From IMG/VR virus record IMGVR_UViG_3300045988_173429: a stretch of DNA of 57,077 nt; one strand, given 5' to 3'. Made by a program: the position numbers and the translations under genes. This DNA is from a virus. Shown here piece after piece: positions 1 to 7,337 of this stretch. The notes under the pieces are model-generated. The model was not told the origin of the DNA. It did not search any database and worked only from the letters and a program-made list of their open reading frames with translations. Numbering within the stretch: the stretch's first letter is position 1; each line of letters begins with the position of its first letter.

Positions 1-375
1 TTCAGTTAACACTTCTACCGGTGTGTTAGGGTTCCCGGCAGCGCTACGGCGGACACCCCAGTTGCTATCCTTAGCCAGTTCAGTTAACACTTCTACCGGT
101 GTGTTAGGGTTCCCGGCAGCGTTATAGCGGACATCACAGTCGCTATCCTTAGCCAGTTCAGTTAACACTTCTACCGGTGTGTTAGGGTTCCCGGCAGCGT
201 TATAGCGGACATCACAGTCGCTATCCTTAGCCAGTTCAGTTAACACTTCTACCGGTGTGTTAGGGTTCCCGGCAGCGCTACGGCGGACACCCCAGTTGCT
301 ATCCTTAGCCAGTTCAGTTAACACTTCTACCGGTGTGTTAGGGTTCCCGGCAGCGCTACGGCGGACATTACAGTC
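1..375. repeat. 78-bp tandem repeat, about 4.8 copies (starts 1, 79, 157, 235, 313)
   Basis: Copies 1 and 235 are identical, and copies 79 and 157 are identical. The two types differ only in a patch of about 20 nt. Confidence 0.95.
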
Positions 376-402
376 GCTGTTTAAAATTTCATTTTTAGTC
401 AT
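1..402 (-). CDS. LRV/HEAT-like 26-aa repeat protein, N-terminal part (continues across the circular junction into 56711..57077)
   Basis: ATG at 402..400 (MTKNEILNSD...). The frame stays open to window start and joins ORF 56711..57034 in frame once the 55-nt overlap is removed. Repeats read VRxxAAGNPNTPVEVLTELAKDS. Confidence 0.7.
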   Translation of the reverse strand, partial: MTKNEILNSDCNVRRSAAGNPNTPVEVLTELAKDSNWGVRRSAAGNPNTPVEVLTELAKDSDCDVRYNAAGNPNTPVEVLTELAKDSDCDVRYNAAGNPNTPVEVLTELAKDSNWGVRRSAAGNPNTPVEVLTE

Positions 403-433
403 TTTCTATATAATTTAGATTTGAATATTAATC

Positions 434-556
434 TTACCAATACATAGTTGTATTTTCCCATTCCCTCTGATATACATCTTCGGGATCTTCCGTCTCTTCA
501 AACCCATCGAAGTCTTGCTCCCCGTCCGGATCTATAATGTAGATATCCCTTACCAT
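434..556 (-). CDS. small acidic protein (40 aa), below the ORF-track cutoff
   Basis: MVRDIYIIDPDGEQDFDGFEETEDPEDVYQREWENTTMYW. Its ATG overlaps the stop of the upstream small ORF. Confidence 0.4.
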   Translation of the reverse strand: MVRDIYIIDPDGEQDFDGFEETEDPEDVYQREWENTTMYW

Positions 557-699
557 CGCTTTTCTTTGAAAAACAGGTATGATAAATACGTCATACCCGG
601 CACGAATAGCCAATATGACGGATTGAAGAACGCGCCGATAAACAGCGTGAATGTCATCAGCAATGAAGCTGTGAGCATGAACAGTTGAATTGCTTTCAT
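550..699 (-). CDS. small hydrophobic membrane protein (49 aa)
   Basis: MKAIQLFMLTASLLMTFTLFIGAFFNPSYWLFVPGMTYLSYLFFKEKRW. First ORF after the long non-coding region, same strand as the early operon. Confidence 0.45.
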   Translation of the reverse strand: MKAIQLFMLTASLLMTFTLFIGAFFNPSYWLFVPGMTYLSYLFFKEKRW

Positions 700-730
700 A
701 TATCGTTGATTTTTAATTTCAGATAAAGAG

Positions 731-758
731 CCGGAGCGGTCTTCCCAGAAAGCTCCGG
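731..758. other. GC-rich hairpin CCGGAGC-N14-GCTCCGG
   Basis: 7-bp perfect stem. On the minus strand it is followed by CTCTTTATCT, about 30 nt upstream of the ATG at 699. Confidence 0.5.
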
Positions 759-862
759 TAACATATATAATTCTTTATTTATACCAAAAGACACCTCGCT
801 ATATCCTCACGGACGAGAGAGGCATAAACCAAAACCAAAAATTTAATTACAAAATACAATGT

Positions 863-938
863 GGATGACGTTGTATTGAACAACATATGGCGTATGTGAA
901 AAGGCCATACACATACGCCATATCACCTGTGGTCATCC
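863..938. other. nested inverted repeats (three-way-junction-like structure)
   Basis: Outer GGATGAC (863..869) pairs with GTCATCC (932..938). Inner GTTG/CAAC (870..884). Inner 14-bp perfect stem ATATGGCGTATGTG (885..898) pairs with CACATACGCCATAT (910..923). Confidence 0.7.
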
Positions 939-1241
939 GTTTGCACCCGGCAGCCGATCCGATCGACAGCATCGCGCCTTCAAAACCGGGTTATATCTTG
1001 AAAACTGGATAGGTTAACCAACGTTTGACTCGTAACACCTAAAGGATGTTCCAGCTTTATAATACTTTCGCATTGTCGCATAAGACTTAATGAAAAGAAC
1101 GATTAAACTTCATCGTGAGCCGGAAATATCTTTCCTCTCTCCATTTTGCCTTATACCACCTTGTCGCTATCCCGATACCTCTTACGTGTAACCTATGATA
1201 GGATCAAGGACTTTCATTGTAACCATGTCAAAGAACGTTTT

Positions 1242-1314
1242 TGTGGGCATCCGGGATTCGAACCCGGTCAGGAACGCTTTCCTTCACCAGCCGAACGCTT
1301 TCAGCTTATGCCCT
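1242..1314 (-). ncRNA. tRNA-like element 1: acceptor stem + T-arm, tetraloop hairpins in place of the D and anticodon arms
   Basis: Minus-strand sequence: GGGCAT..GCTGAA-AGCG-TTCGGC..AGGAA-AGCG-TTCCT..CCGGG-TTCGAAT-CCCGG-ATGCCC-A. There is no 7-nt anticodon loop. Confidence 0.55.
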
Positions 1315-1617
1315 TTATATGCCATTTACAGAATCAAAAGATTTGTATGCTGCTAAAGCTGCTTCTATTTCAAGTCTGGAATACATCAGAGGAGAATTTT
1401 TTCCACCTCCATCTCTATCTCCTTTTATTTTAAGACTATCTTCCAATTTTTTGAGAAGCGAGGGTCTATAACCAAGACCCTTAAGCCATCTATAGACTTC
1501 CCTCTGGCTTATCCTATCAGAAGTAGGAGAACGTCTTTTCTCGGCAGCTTCCGCACCGAGCGTTGCCGCTTCAATGAGGAGGTTTTTTAATTCGAAAAGT
1601 TCTATCTTGATTTTCAT
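1315..1617 (-). CDS. small DNA-binding protein, possible excisionase-like HTH
   Basis: Start MKIKIELFEL overlaps the upstream stop (ATGA). ISQREVYRWL...GGGKNSPLMYSRLEIEAAL resembles excisionase-type HTH proteins. Confidence 0.35.
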   Translation of the reverse strand: MKIKIELFELKNLLIEAATLGAEAAEKRRSPTSDRISQREVYRWLKGLGYRPSLLKKLEDSLKIKGDRDGGGKNSPLMYSRLEIEAALAAYKSFDSVNGI

Positions 1618-1808
1618 GACTGTATTTGCTTTTTCTGTAGTACACATCCATATTCTTTTAATGCAACTTCTCTGATTAAATCAGGTTGATTCCCTTCTGT
1701 TGAAAACCTAAGTGCATTCCTGACCGTTTGCTCTGTTACGCCGAATCTGGAGGATAACTTGGATACTACCCCCTTTTCGTACAAAATCTTATACCTTACA
1801 ACCTTCAT
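1614..1808 (-). CDS. Cro-like small HTH regulator
   Basis: 64 aa. VSKLSSRFGVTEQTVRNAL is an HTH-like stretch. The gene is divergent from the CI-like repressor. Confidence 0.55.
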   Translation of the reverse strand: MKVVRYKILYEKGVVSKLSSRFGVTEQTVRNALRFSTEGNQPDLIREVALKEYGCVLQKKQIQS

Positions 1809-1978
1809 ATCTTGTTTATTTTTTATATTTGCAAATCGCCGTTTTTGTTTTCGTTTGCAAAACGGGTTTGTTATTTATTATGGCACAAATATACTAACAG
1901 TTTGTATAGCGGCAAACTATTGAATATAAAAAGTTAGTATATTAACTTTGTTTAATACTAACAGTTAATATCAGTTCT
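1809..1978. promoter_or_regulatory. divergent immunity-region promoters and operator-like repeats
   Basis: ATACTAACAGTT occurs at 1891..1902 and 1955..1966. Also a palindrome AAGTTA-N6-TAACTT, TTTGCAAA twice, and TAtaTTTG boxes on both strands. Confidence 0.6.
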
Positions 1979-2488
1979 ATGGAAGGTTGGGAAAGAATAC
2001 AGTATGTGATTAATAATGAGGGGCTTAATAAAAACTCCTTTAGTAAAGCTATTGGGCTTAATAATAATGTGACCATTACACGTATTATAAATGAAAAAAG
2101 AAATCCATCTCGAAATACTTGTAAAAAAATAGTAGAAAGGTTTCCAAAATATAATATGGGCTGGCTCCTTACTGGCGAAGGTGATAGTCTGACTTCTACG
2201 TACTCTAATAATAAAGTCACTGTTAATGGTAACGAAAACGTAAGTAATATCGGAGGGCAACATATTAACGTATCCATGCCAGAAAGCGGAACACAAAAAA
2301 TTATTAAACCGGATGGCAGTGTGGAAATACAAAGCCTAAGTTCAAGTGCAGGTACTGGCTTGAACGATACCGATAGACTTAACCAACGTATTCAAGACCT
2401 TGAGAGGATTATTTTAGAAAAGGACGCAACAATTAAATCTAAGGATGAAACAATATGGGCGTTAAGGACTATGTTGGATAGGCAATAG
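1979..2488 (+). CDS. CI-like phage repressor (Phage_CI_repr-type HTH with coiled-coil C-terminus)
   Basis: N-terminus ...NSFSKAIGLNNNVTITRIINEKRNPS...GWLLTGEGD is the hallmark of CI-repressor HTH domains. Confidence 0.75.
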   Translation: MEGWERIQYVINNEGLNKNSFSKAIGLNNNVTITRIINEKRNPSRNTCKKIVERFPKYNMGWLLTGEGDSLTSTYSNNKVTVNGNENVSNIGGQHINVSMPESGTQKIIKPDGSVEIQSLSSSAGTGLNDTDRLNQRIQDLERIILEKDATIKSKDETIWALRTMLDRQ

Positions 2489-2566
2489 ATTTTCGGTTTG
2501 TTCTCAAAACTAATAAAAAGATTTGTAAGGTATTTTTTCAATGTGAAATAGATTAAATAGTATAAT

Positions 2567-3364
2567 ATGAAAAAGATTTTATTTTTAGGATTGGCCATTT
2601 TGTCAATGGTATATATTTCTTGTTCGGATGATAAAAAAATGGAGGATCATGATGATTTGAAAATACAAGAACTTCCTAAGTTGGATAATGTTAGTTTGGA
2701 TTACCATTCATCAGAACAAATGATAACTTTGGCAAGGGATGTAGAATCCGAAGGTGCAATTGTTTCTTTAAAAGATAATTCTTATTGGATAAGCAAGCTT
2801 AATTTAAGTGGAAGTACGCTATCTTTTAATATTTTGGAAAATACAGAGGTAGAGAGAGGTCATCGTTTTGATACTATTATTATTAGCAATAAAGGAGTAA
2901 AAATAGGTTCGATTTGTGTATCTCAGGCAAGAAAACCTATAAGTACCAAAAGGTTAGTTTGGGCTATATCTTCTGCTATGTATCGAAATGACGCTTTGTG
3001 TAAATCGGATATGTCTGGACAAGAGATAATAAAAGCAATCTATAATCTTTCTAAAACAACAAACGGGAAAGATTCTTATAAGAATTATCCTGCTTTTGCT
3101 TATTGTATAGAAATGAACCATGATCCAGAAAAAAATATGGAATGGCATCTTCCCTCATTGACAGAAATGAGGGGTTACGCCAATGCTCAATCTTATGAAG
3201 GTACACCTATAATACAGCATAATTATTGGTGGACCGCAACAGAGAATAGTTTAAGAGGTGATGCTTTTTCTTTGTATTCAAAAAGTGTTGCTTCAAGAGG
3301 CTCTGTTAGCAAGGGACAGGATTGGTGGATTATGGCTTTTAGAAATGGGGAAATGATAGAATAA
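2567..3364 (+). CDS. lipoprotein with DUF1566-like C-terminal domain (lysogenic-conversion moron)
   Basis: Signal peptide ending YISC (lipobox Cys). WHLPSLTEMRGY and YWWTATE motifs. Sits between the repressor and attP. Confidence 0.6.
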   Translation: MKKILFLGLAILSMVYISCSDDKKMEDHDDLKIQELPKLDNVSLDYHSSEQMITLARDVESEGAIVSLKDNSYWISKLNLSGSTLSFNILENTEVERGHRFDTIIISNKGVKIGSICVSQARKPISTKRLVWAISSAMYRNDALCKSDMSGQEIIKAIYNLSKTTNGKDSYKNYPAFAYCIEMNHDPEKNMEWHLPSLTEMRGYANAQSYEGTPIIQHNYWWTATENSLRGDAFSLYSKSVASRGSVSKGQDWWIMAFRNGEMIE

Positions 3365-3381
3365 TATGTAAAACAACAGAA

Positions 3382-3400
3382 GTTTCGCAATTGTTTCGCA
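3382..3400 (+). repeat. arm-type repeat pair GTTTCGCA x2 (11-bp spacing), left of the attP core
   Basis: GTTTCGCA at 3382 and 3393. The same pair recurs at 3615 and 3626 on the other side of the core. Confidence 0.55.
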
Positions 3401-3461
3401 GATGTGTTTCTTTATGATTTGTAATATTCTTTATTATAAATTATTATGTTGTTTTGAATGA

Positions 3462-3507
3462 TAGATTCCGGTTCTGAAGGTCGTGGGTTTGAATCCCACC
3501 CTGGTCA
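3462..3507 (+). other. attP core: 3' portion of a tRNA gene (anticodon loop reads CCG, Arg-like; T-arm; acceptor 3' strand)
   Basis: AGA-TTCCGGT-TCT, then GTGGG-TTTGAAT-CCCAC-CCTGGTC-A. No matching 5' acceptor strand lies upstream, so it is a fragment and not a gene. Confidence 0.65.
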
Positions 3508-3538
3508 CAAGCCTAAAAATCAGTATTTTAGAAGTTTA

Positions 3539-3576
3539 AGCCGTATTTCTTTTATAGATTTACGGCTTTTATTTTG
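3539..3576 (+). terminator. intrinsic terminator after the tRNA fragment
   Basis: AGCCGTA-N15-TACGGCT followed by TTTTATTTT. Confidence 0.6.
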
Positions 3577-3578
3577 CT

Positions 3579-3633
3579 TACTTTTGCTTGAAATCGCTAC
3601 TTTTGCTTGAAAATGTTTCGCAATAGTTTCGCA
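3579..3633 (+). repeat. direct repeats TACTTTTGCTTGAAA x2 plus a second GTTTCGCA x2 pair (right arm of attP / int promoter region)
   Basis: 15-mers at 3579 and 3598. GTTTCGCA at 3615 and 3626. Confidence 0.55.
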
Positions 3634-3646
3634 AAAATATAGAGGT

Positions 3647-4852
3647 ATGGCCACATTTAAGCATGAAGTACAAAAGCAGCGGAAGGACGGTACTTTTAAT
3701 GTAAAGATACTTGTCACTCATAACAGACAGTTGAAGAGATTGCCGACTGGCATTTATATCACCAAAGATGATATGACGCGATCAGGCAAAATCAAAAACC
3801 AGAAAGTATTAGATCAGATAGATGATTTGATAAGGCTATACAGAAAAAAAGCAAATGAACTTTCTATTGCAATTAATACCATGACTATAGATAAATTGGC
3901 AGATTATCTGTGTGAGCCGGAAATAGCCTCTATCGATTTTATAGAAGTGTTTCGTGATTACATAGATGAGAATGCAGATAAGAAAGGTTTGAAAAATTAC
4001 AGATCGGCGCTAAACTCTCTTATTAAATTCATAGGAAGGGATAGGTTGGATGTTTCGGAAATAACTGTTGCTTTTCTGGAAAAATATGAGACTTATCTTG
4101 GGAAAGGCCGTGCGGCGTCTTTGTATCTTGGCAGTATGAGGCATGTTTATTTTTATGCGAAACAAAAATACAACGACGAAGATGCAAAAAGGATATTGAT
4201 ACCTTATTCTCCATTTTCAAGATATAAGGTTCCTCGTCAGAATATTGCTGAAAAAAGAGCGATTAGTGCTGATCTTGTCCGGGAGATAATAAAATTGCCC
4301 TATGACACTACAAGTAGGGGAAATAATAAAGAAAATCGTTATAATCTGGCAAAGGACTGCTTTATACTATCATTCTGTCTTATTGGAATGAACTCTGTTG
4401 ATTTGTACAATGCGGAAATATGCGAGAATAGCGAAATTGTATATTGTCGGACTAAAACAAAGGATCGCAGAAGTGACAACGCAAAGATTCGAATCAAGAT
4501 ACATCCCCTCATATTGCCCATAATTAAAAAGTACATGGATAAAACAGGAAAAAGAGTTTTTAGGTTTTATCAAATGTATGCCGATCAGTCGACATTTAAT
4601 GCCGCTCTAAATAAAGGATTGAAAGCTGTTGGAAAAAAGATTGGTATTCCCGATCTTGAATTTTATGCAGCCCGCCATTCTTGGGCCACGATAGCAAGAA
4701 ATGATTTGAATACTGATAAGTCAACCATAGATGAAGCCTTGAACCATGTTGATAAGAACCTTTCAGTTACAGATTTGTATATAAAGAAGGACTTTTCGAT
4801 TATTAACAAGGTTAATAAGTCGGTTTTAGATTATATATTCAATTTTACATAA
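3647..4852 (+). CDS. int: tyrosine site-specific integrase
   Basis: 401 aa. C-terminal AARHSWATIARN and DLYIKKD catalytic-region motifs. Adjacent to the tRNA-fragment attP. Confidence 0.9.
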   Translation: MATFKHEVQKQRKDGTFNVKILVTHNRQLKRLPTGIYITKDDMTRSGKIKNQKVLDQIDDLIRLYRKKANELSIAINTMTIDKLADYLCEPEIASIDFIEVFRDYIDENADKKGLKNYRSALNSLIKFIGRDRLDVSEITVAFLEKYETYLGKGRAASLYLGSMRHVYFYAKQKYNDEDAKRILIPYSPFSRYKVPRQNIAEKRAISADLVREIIKLPYDTTSRGNNKENRYNLAKDCFILSFCLIGMNSVDLYNAEICENSEIVYCRTKTKDRRSDNAKIRIKIHPLILPIIKKYMDKTGKRVFRFYQMYADQSTFNAALNKGLKAVGKKIGIPDLEFYAARHSWATIARNDLNTDKSTIDEALNHVDKNLSVTDLYIKKDFSIINKVNKSVLDYIFNFT

Positions 4853-4876
4853 CCCGCCGGCGACATTACCGGCGGG
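4853..4876. terminator. bidirectional GC hairpin between convergent int and the leftward operon
   Basis: CCCGCCGG-N8-CCGGCGGG, 8-bp perfect stem. Confidence 0.55.
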
Positions 4877-4930
4877 ACATCCAAACGTGATACGTTGGGT
4901 ACGAAGCCCCAACATGCGGGTCTATGTTAT

Positions 4931-5080
4931 TTATGTAGCAATATTATCTTCTTCCGTCAATTTGTTGCCGGCAATAAACAGCATCACAAGTCCAATTATG
5001 TTACCTAAGAAATATTCGCTTTCCGATCCTGCCAGAAGAACCCCGGCCACTAACAGGAATATCAAGGATAATGCTTTCAT
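4931..5080 (-). CDS. small membrane protein (49 aa)
   Basis: MKALSLIFLLVAGVLLAGSESEYFLGNIIGLVMLFIAGNKLTEEDNIAT. ATGA overlap with the stop of 5077..5412. Preferred over plus ORF 4887..5096. Confidence 0.5.
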   Translation of the reverse strand: MKALSLIFLLVAGVLLAGSESEYFLGNIIGLVMLFIAGNKLTEEDNIAT

Positions 5081-5412
5081 GATGCTATTATTTTAGTCTC
5101 GTTATCTAATCCGACATATTGGTTGTCATTTTTAACACCTGTAAGTCCGAACGGGGTTTTATGTTCAAACCAACATTGCATATTTAAATCATTGACTAAT
5201 TTCACAATATGTAAGAGTGATCTTATTGTAAACCTATTTTCTTCAATATCAAATTCGTCTATATTGAGTATATCTTGAATTAATCCCAGCAAACAGGAAG
5301 GTAAACCGAATATGCCTGCATCATCTAAAATATCTTTGCCGAACTCTGCTAATACACTTACTTGGTCTGCTGTAAGACCTTCGAATTTTGTTGCTAAATC
5401 TTTAAATTCCAT
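5077..5412 (-). CDS. hypothetical protein
   Basis: 111-aa ORF in the leftward operon. No motif recognised. Confidence 0.55.
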   Translation of the reverse strand: MEFKDLATKFEGLTADQVSVLAEFGKDILDDAGIFGLPSCLLGLIQDILNIDEFDIEENRFTIRSLLHIVKLVNDLNMQCWFEHKTPFGLTGVKNDNQYVGLDNETKIIAS

Positions 5413-5506
5413 GATTTTGTAATTATTTTTTTTTGGTTTATTAATTGGTATAATATTGGCTGTCCTGCATTATAAAGGACTGCTGAATAGGTATGTATGT
5501 AAAAAA

Positions 5507-6259
5507 TTATGCTTTAAATAGTGAATGCAAGAATGCCCTGCCTTGTTCCGTCCATACGGTAAGCATAGCCGTGCTTTGTGAGCCGTCCGAACGGGTGTAG
5601 GTGTGCGTCCTTGTCTTGGTGTATCCTTTGTTCTGATATTTGGACGTCAGAACCCATACTCCGCTTTGCCGGTATTGAATACCTTTTTCTTTCAGTCGCT
5701 TGTTGAGAGTTTCCGCACTCATTCCCATTTCCTTTGCAATCAAGTTTGTGGCATAGGTGTTGACGGACTGTAAGACGGTGTCAACGTACTGGACTTTCGG
5801 GGCGGCTTGGGCAAGCTCTTTCTGTTGGAGTTCGATTGTTTCCTCTTTGGCTGCATTGTCGGCTTCAAGGGCTTTTACTCTCTGTTCTGCTGCTTCTACC
5901 CGTTTCTGTAGGATTTGCTGCGAACGCATGAGGATATAATCATCATCCTTAAGCATCATTTCCCGTTTGTTGAACTCGGAAATGAATTTTTCCTTGAACT
6001 CACCTGCTTTTGCTCCTGTGTAGCCCATGACAAGAAAACTGAAACCGTCTTTGGTCATTTCGTAGTAGTGATAAACTTGACCGTTCTGTGGGTGGGTGTA
6101 GGGGGTATGCGCAAAATTGCGCACCCTGAAATCTTCTGAACATGAGAGCTTCTCAATATCTCTCAATACATCTTTGTGATTCTTACCGAACACCTGTGCA
6201 ACGATTAAAGAAGTGGTAACATCGTTGCCGTTGCTGTTTTGAATTACTAATTCTGCCAT
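5507..6259 (-). CDS. Rha-family regulator / antirepressor with KilAC-like C-terminal domain
   Basis: From MAELVIQNSNGNDVTTSLIVAQVFGKNHKDVLRDIEKL (Rha motif). C-terminus AAPKVQYVDTVL...LIAKEMGMSAETLNKRL is KilAC-like. Confidence 0.8.
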   Translation of the reverse strand: MAELVIQNSNGNDVTTSLIVAQVFGKNHKDVLRDIEKLSCSEDFRVRNFAHTPYTHPQNGQVYHYYEMTKDGFSFLVMGYTGAKAGEFKEKFISEFNKREMMLKDDDYILMRSQQILQKRVEAAEQRVKALEADNAAKEETIELQQKELAQAAPKVQYVDTVLQSVNTYATNLIAKEMGMSAETLNKRLKEKGIQYRQSGVWVLTSKYQNKGYTKTRTHTYTRSDGSQSTAMLTVWTEQGRAFLHSLFKA

Positions 6260-6275
6260 AACTTTCAGCATTAAG

Positions 6276-6590
6276 TTATATAATAGGCAACAAAAAAGCG
6301 GCTGCCATATACGCTGCTGAAAGTTGATGGACTTCACCCCGAAAGGCTAATCTTAACTTACGTATAGGCAACCGCCAATATCTTATATGAACTTTGCTCC
6401 CGACATTTATGTCGCCAGCAAAATTTTGGACATAAAAAATGCCCAACAAACAATTGAGCAAATTAACCGCTTGCCCTGCGAGATGATTAAGCTCATCAAC
6501 TTTCAGCACTGCAAATGTAGGGATAAATTCTATTCCCGCAACTAAATTCACAAAATTTTCTTTTTCAAATAGAACTACTTTTGTTTTCAT
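6276..6590 (-). CDS. hypothetical protein
   Basis: 104-aa ORF, operon context only. Confidence 0.4.
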   Translation of the reverse strand: MKTKVVLFEKENFVNLVAGIEFIPTFAVLKVDELNHLAGQAVNLLNCLLGIFYVQNFAGDINVGSKVHIRYWRLPIRKLRLAFRGEVHQLSAAYMAAAFLLPII

Positions 6591-6641
6591 CGAATTATAT
6601 ATGTATTAATATTTGGTTTATGCTTCTTTGTTGAGTTAAGG

Positions 6642-6938
6642 TTATCCGGCTATGGCAACTTTACATTGCCTGTCTATAGCTTCTATTATCCTGCCATAGG
6701 CTTCTTTGTTTTCTTCTTTAAAGTCAATCCCAGTATCGTCGATAAATATTTCATGCGCCAGAACCACATAATCGGTATTCTGTACATAGATAGATAACTC
6801 CGATCTTTCCGGTCGGGAAGTGACAGATATTATAATGTCACTCTTTGCGATCAGTTTCTCGATCATGATTCGCTGGATTCCTTTTAGTACGTCTAATGTT
6901 GTCATAATATTAATCTCCATTATATCTATTGTTAGCAT
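6642..6938 (-). CDS. hypothetical protein
   Basis: 98-aa ORF, operon context. The start is ambiguous (three in-frame Met). Confidence 0.5.
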   Translation of the reverse strand: MLTIDIMEINIMTTLDVLKGIQRIMIEKLIAKSDIIISVTSRPERSELSIYVQNTDYVVLAHEIFIDDTGIDFKEENKEAYGRIIEAIDRQCKVAIAG

Positions 6939-7203
6939 AGTAATTTGTCAGTGTGTTAGCCATGAAAGCCATAGAGCAAGTAGCAACATTGCGTTTAGCA
7001 TCCCGGCTTTCGCATTGCTTCTTATTCAAGTTGAAAAGCTGGTACATCTTCATCGCCTTGTCATAAGAACTTCTTTCGTCCTTCCAAGCCTCCTTAAGGC
7101 ATTCTACGAACGTCAATACGTGATTGCGGTACTTCTTGCCAGCCTTGAACATTGACCAAGCGGATTTCATGATTCTTGCTTTGTTGTACTTTGGTGCTTC
7201 CAT
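6910..7203 (-). CDS. hypothetical protein (first gene of the leftward operon)
   Basis: Start moved to MEAPKYNK (7203) so that the promoter box at 7246..7253 lies upstream. Confidence 0.5.
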   Translation of the reverse strand: MEAPKYNKARIMKSAWSMFKAGKKYRNHVLTFVECLKEAWKDERSSYDKAMKMYQLFNLNKKQCESRDAKRNVATCSMAFMANTLTNYYANNRYNGD

Positions 7204-7245
7204 TTCTGTATATTGTTTATTAGTTATTGCTTTAATTTGATGCTG

Positions 7246-7337
7246 CAAATATAAAGCTATCACTTTGATTGTACAATTGAAAAATGAACCGATAACTTAG
7301 TTTTAACCTTATTTAATCAAAGCTATCACTTTGATTG
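7246..7337. promoter_or_regulatory. divergent promoter region with two 19-bp operator-like repeats
   Basis: AAAGCTATCACTTTGATTG at 7253..7271 and 7319..7337, with internal dyad ATCAAAG-N6-CTTTGAT. TATATTTG box on the minus strand at 7246..7253. Confidence 0.6.

Noticed and set aside
3462-3507. A functional tRNA gene near int
   Set aside because: Only the 3' two-thirds is present and no complementary 5' acceptor strand lies upstream. It is interpreted as the attP core.
4883-4899. 17-nt reverse-complement match with 40502..40518 as prophage ends or an inversion system
   Set aside because: A single 17-mer match is roughly at chance expectation for 57 kb. The motif is itself nearly palindromic, and there is no second recombinase. 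It is kept only as a note under the 40477..40632 finding.
4887-5096. 69-aa plus-strand ORF after int
   Set aside because: The minus-strand 49-aa membrane ORF (4931..5080) has ATGA coupling to the upstream gene and fits the operon. The plus ORF starts after the terminator hairpin with no promoter.
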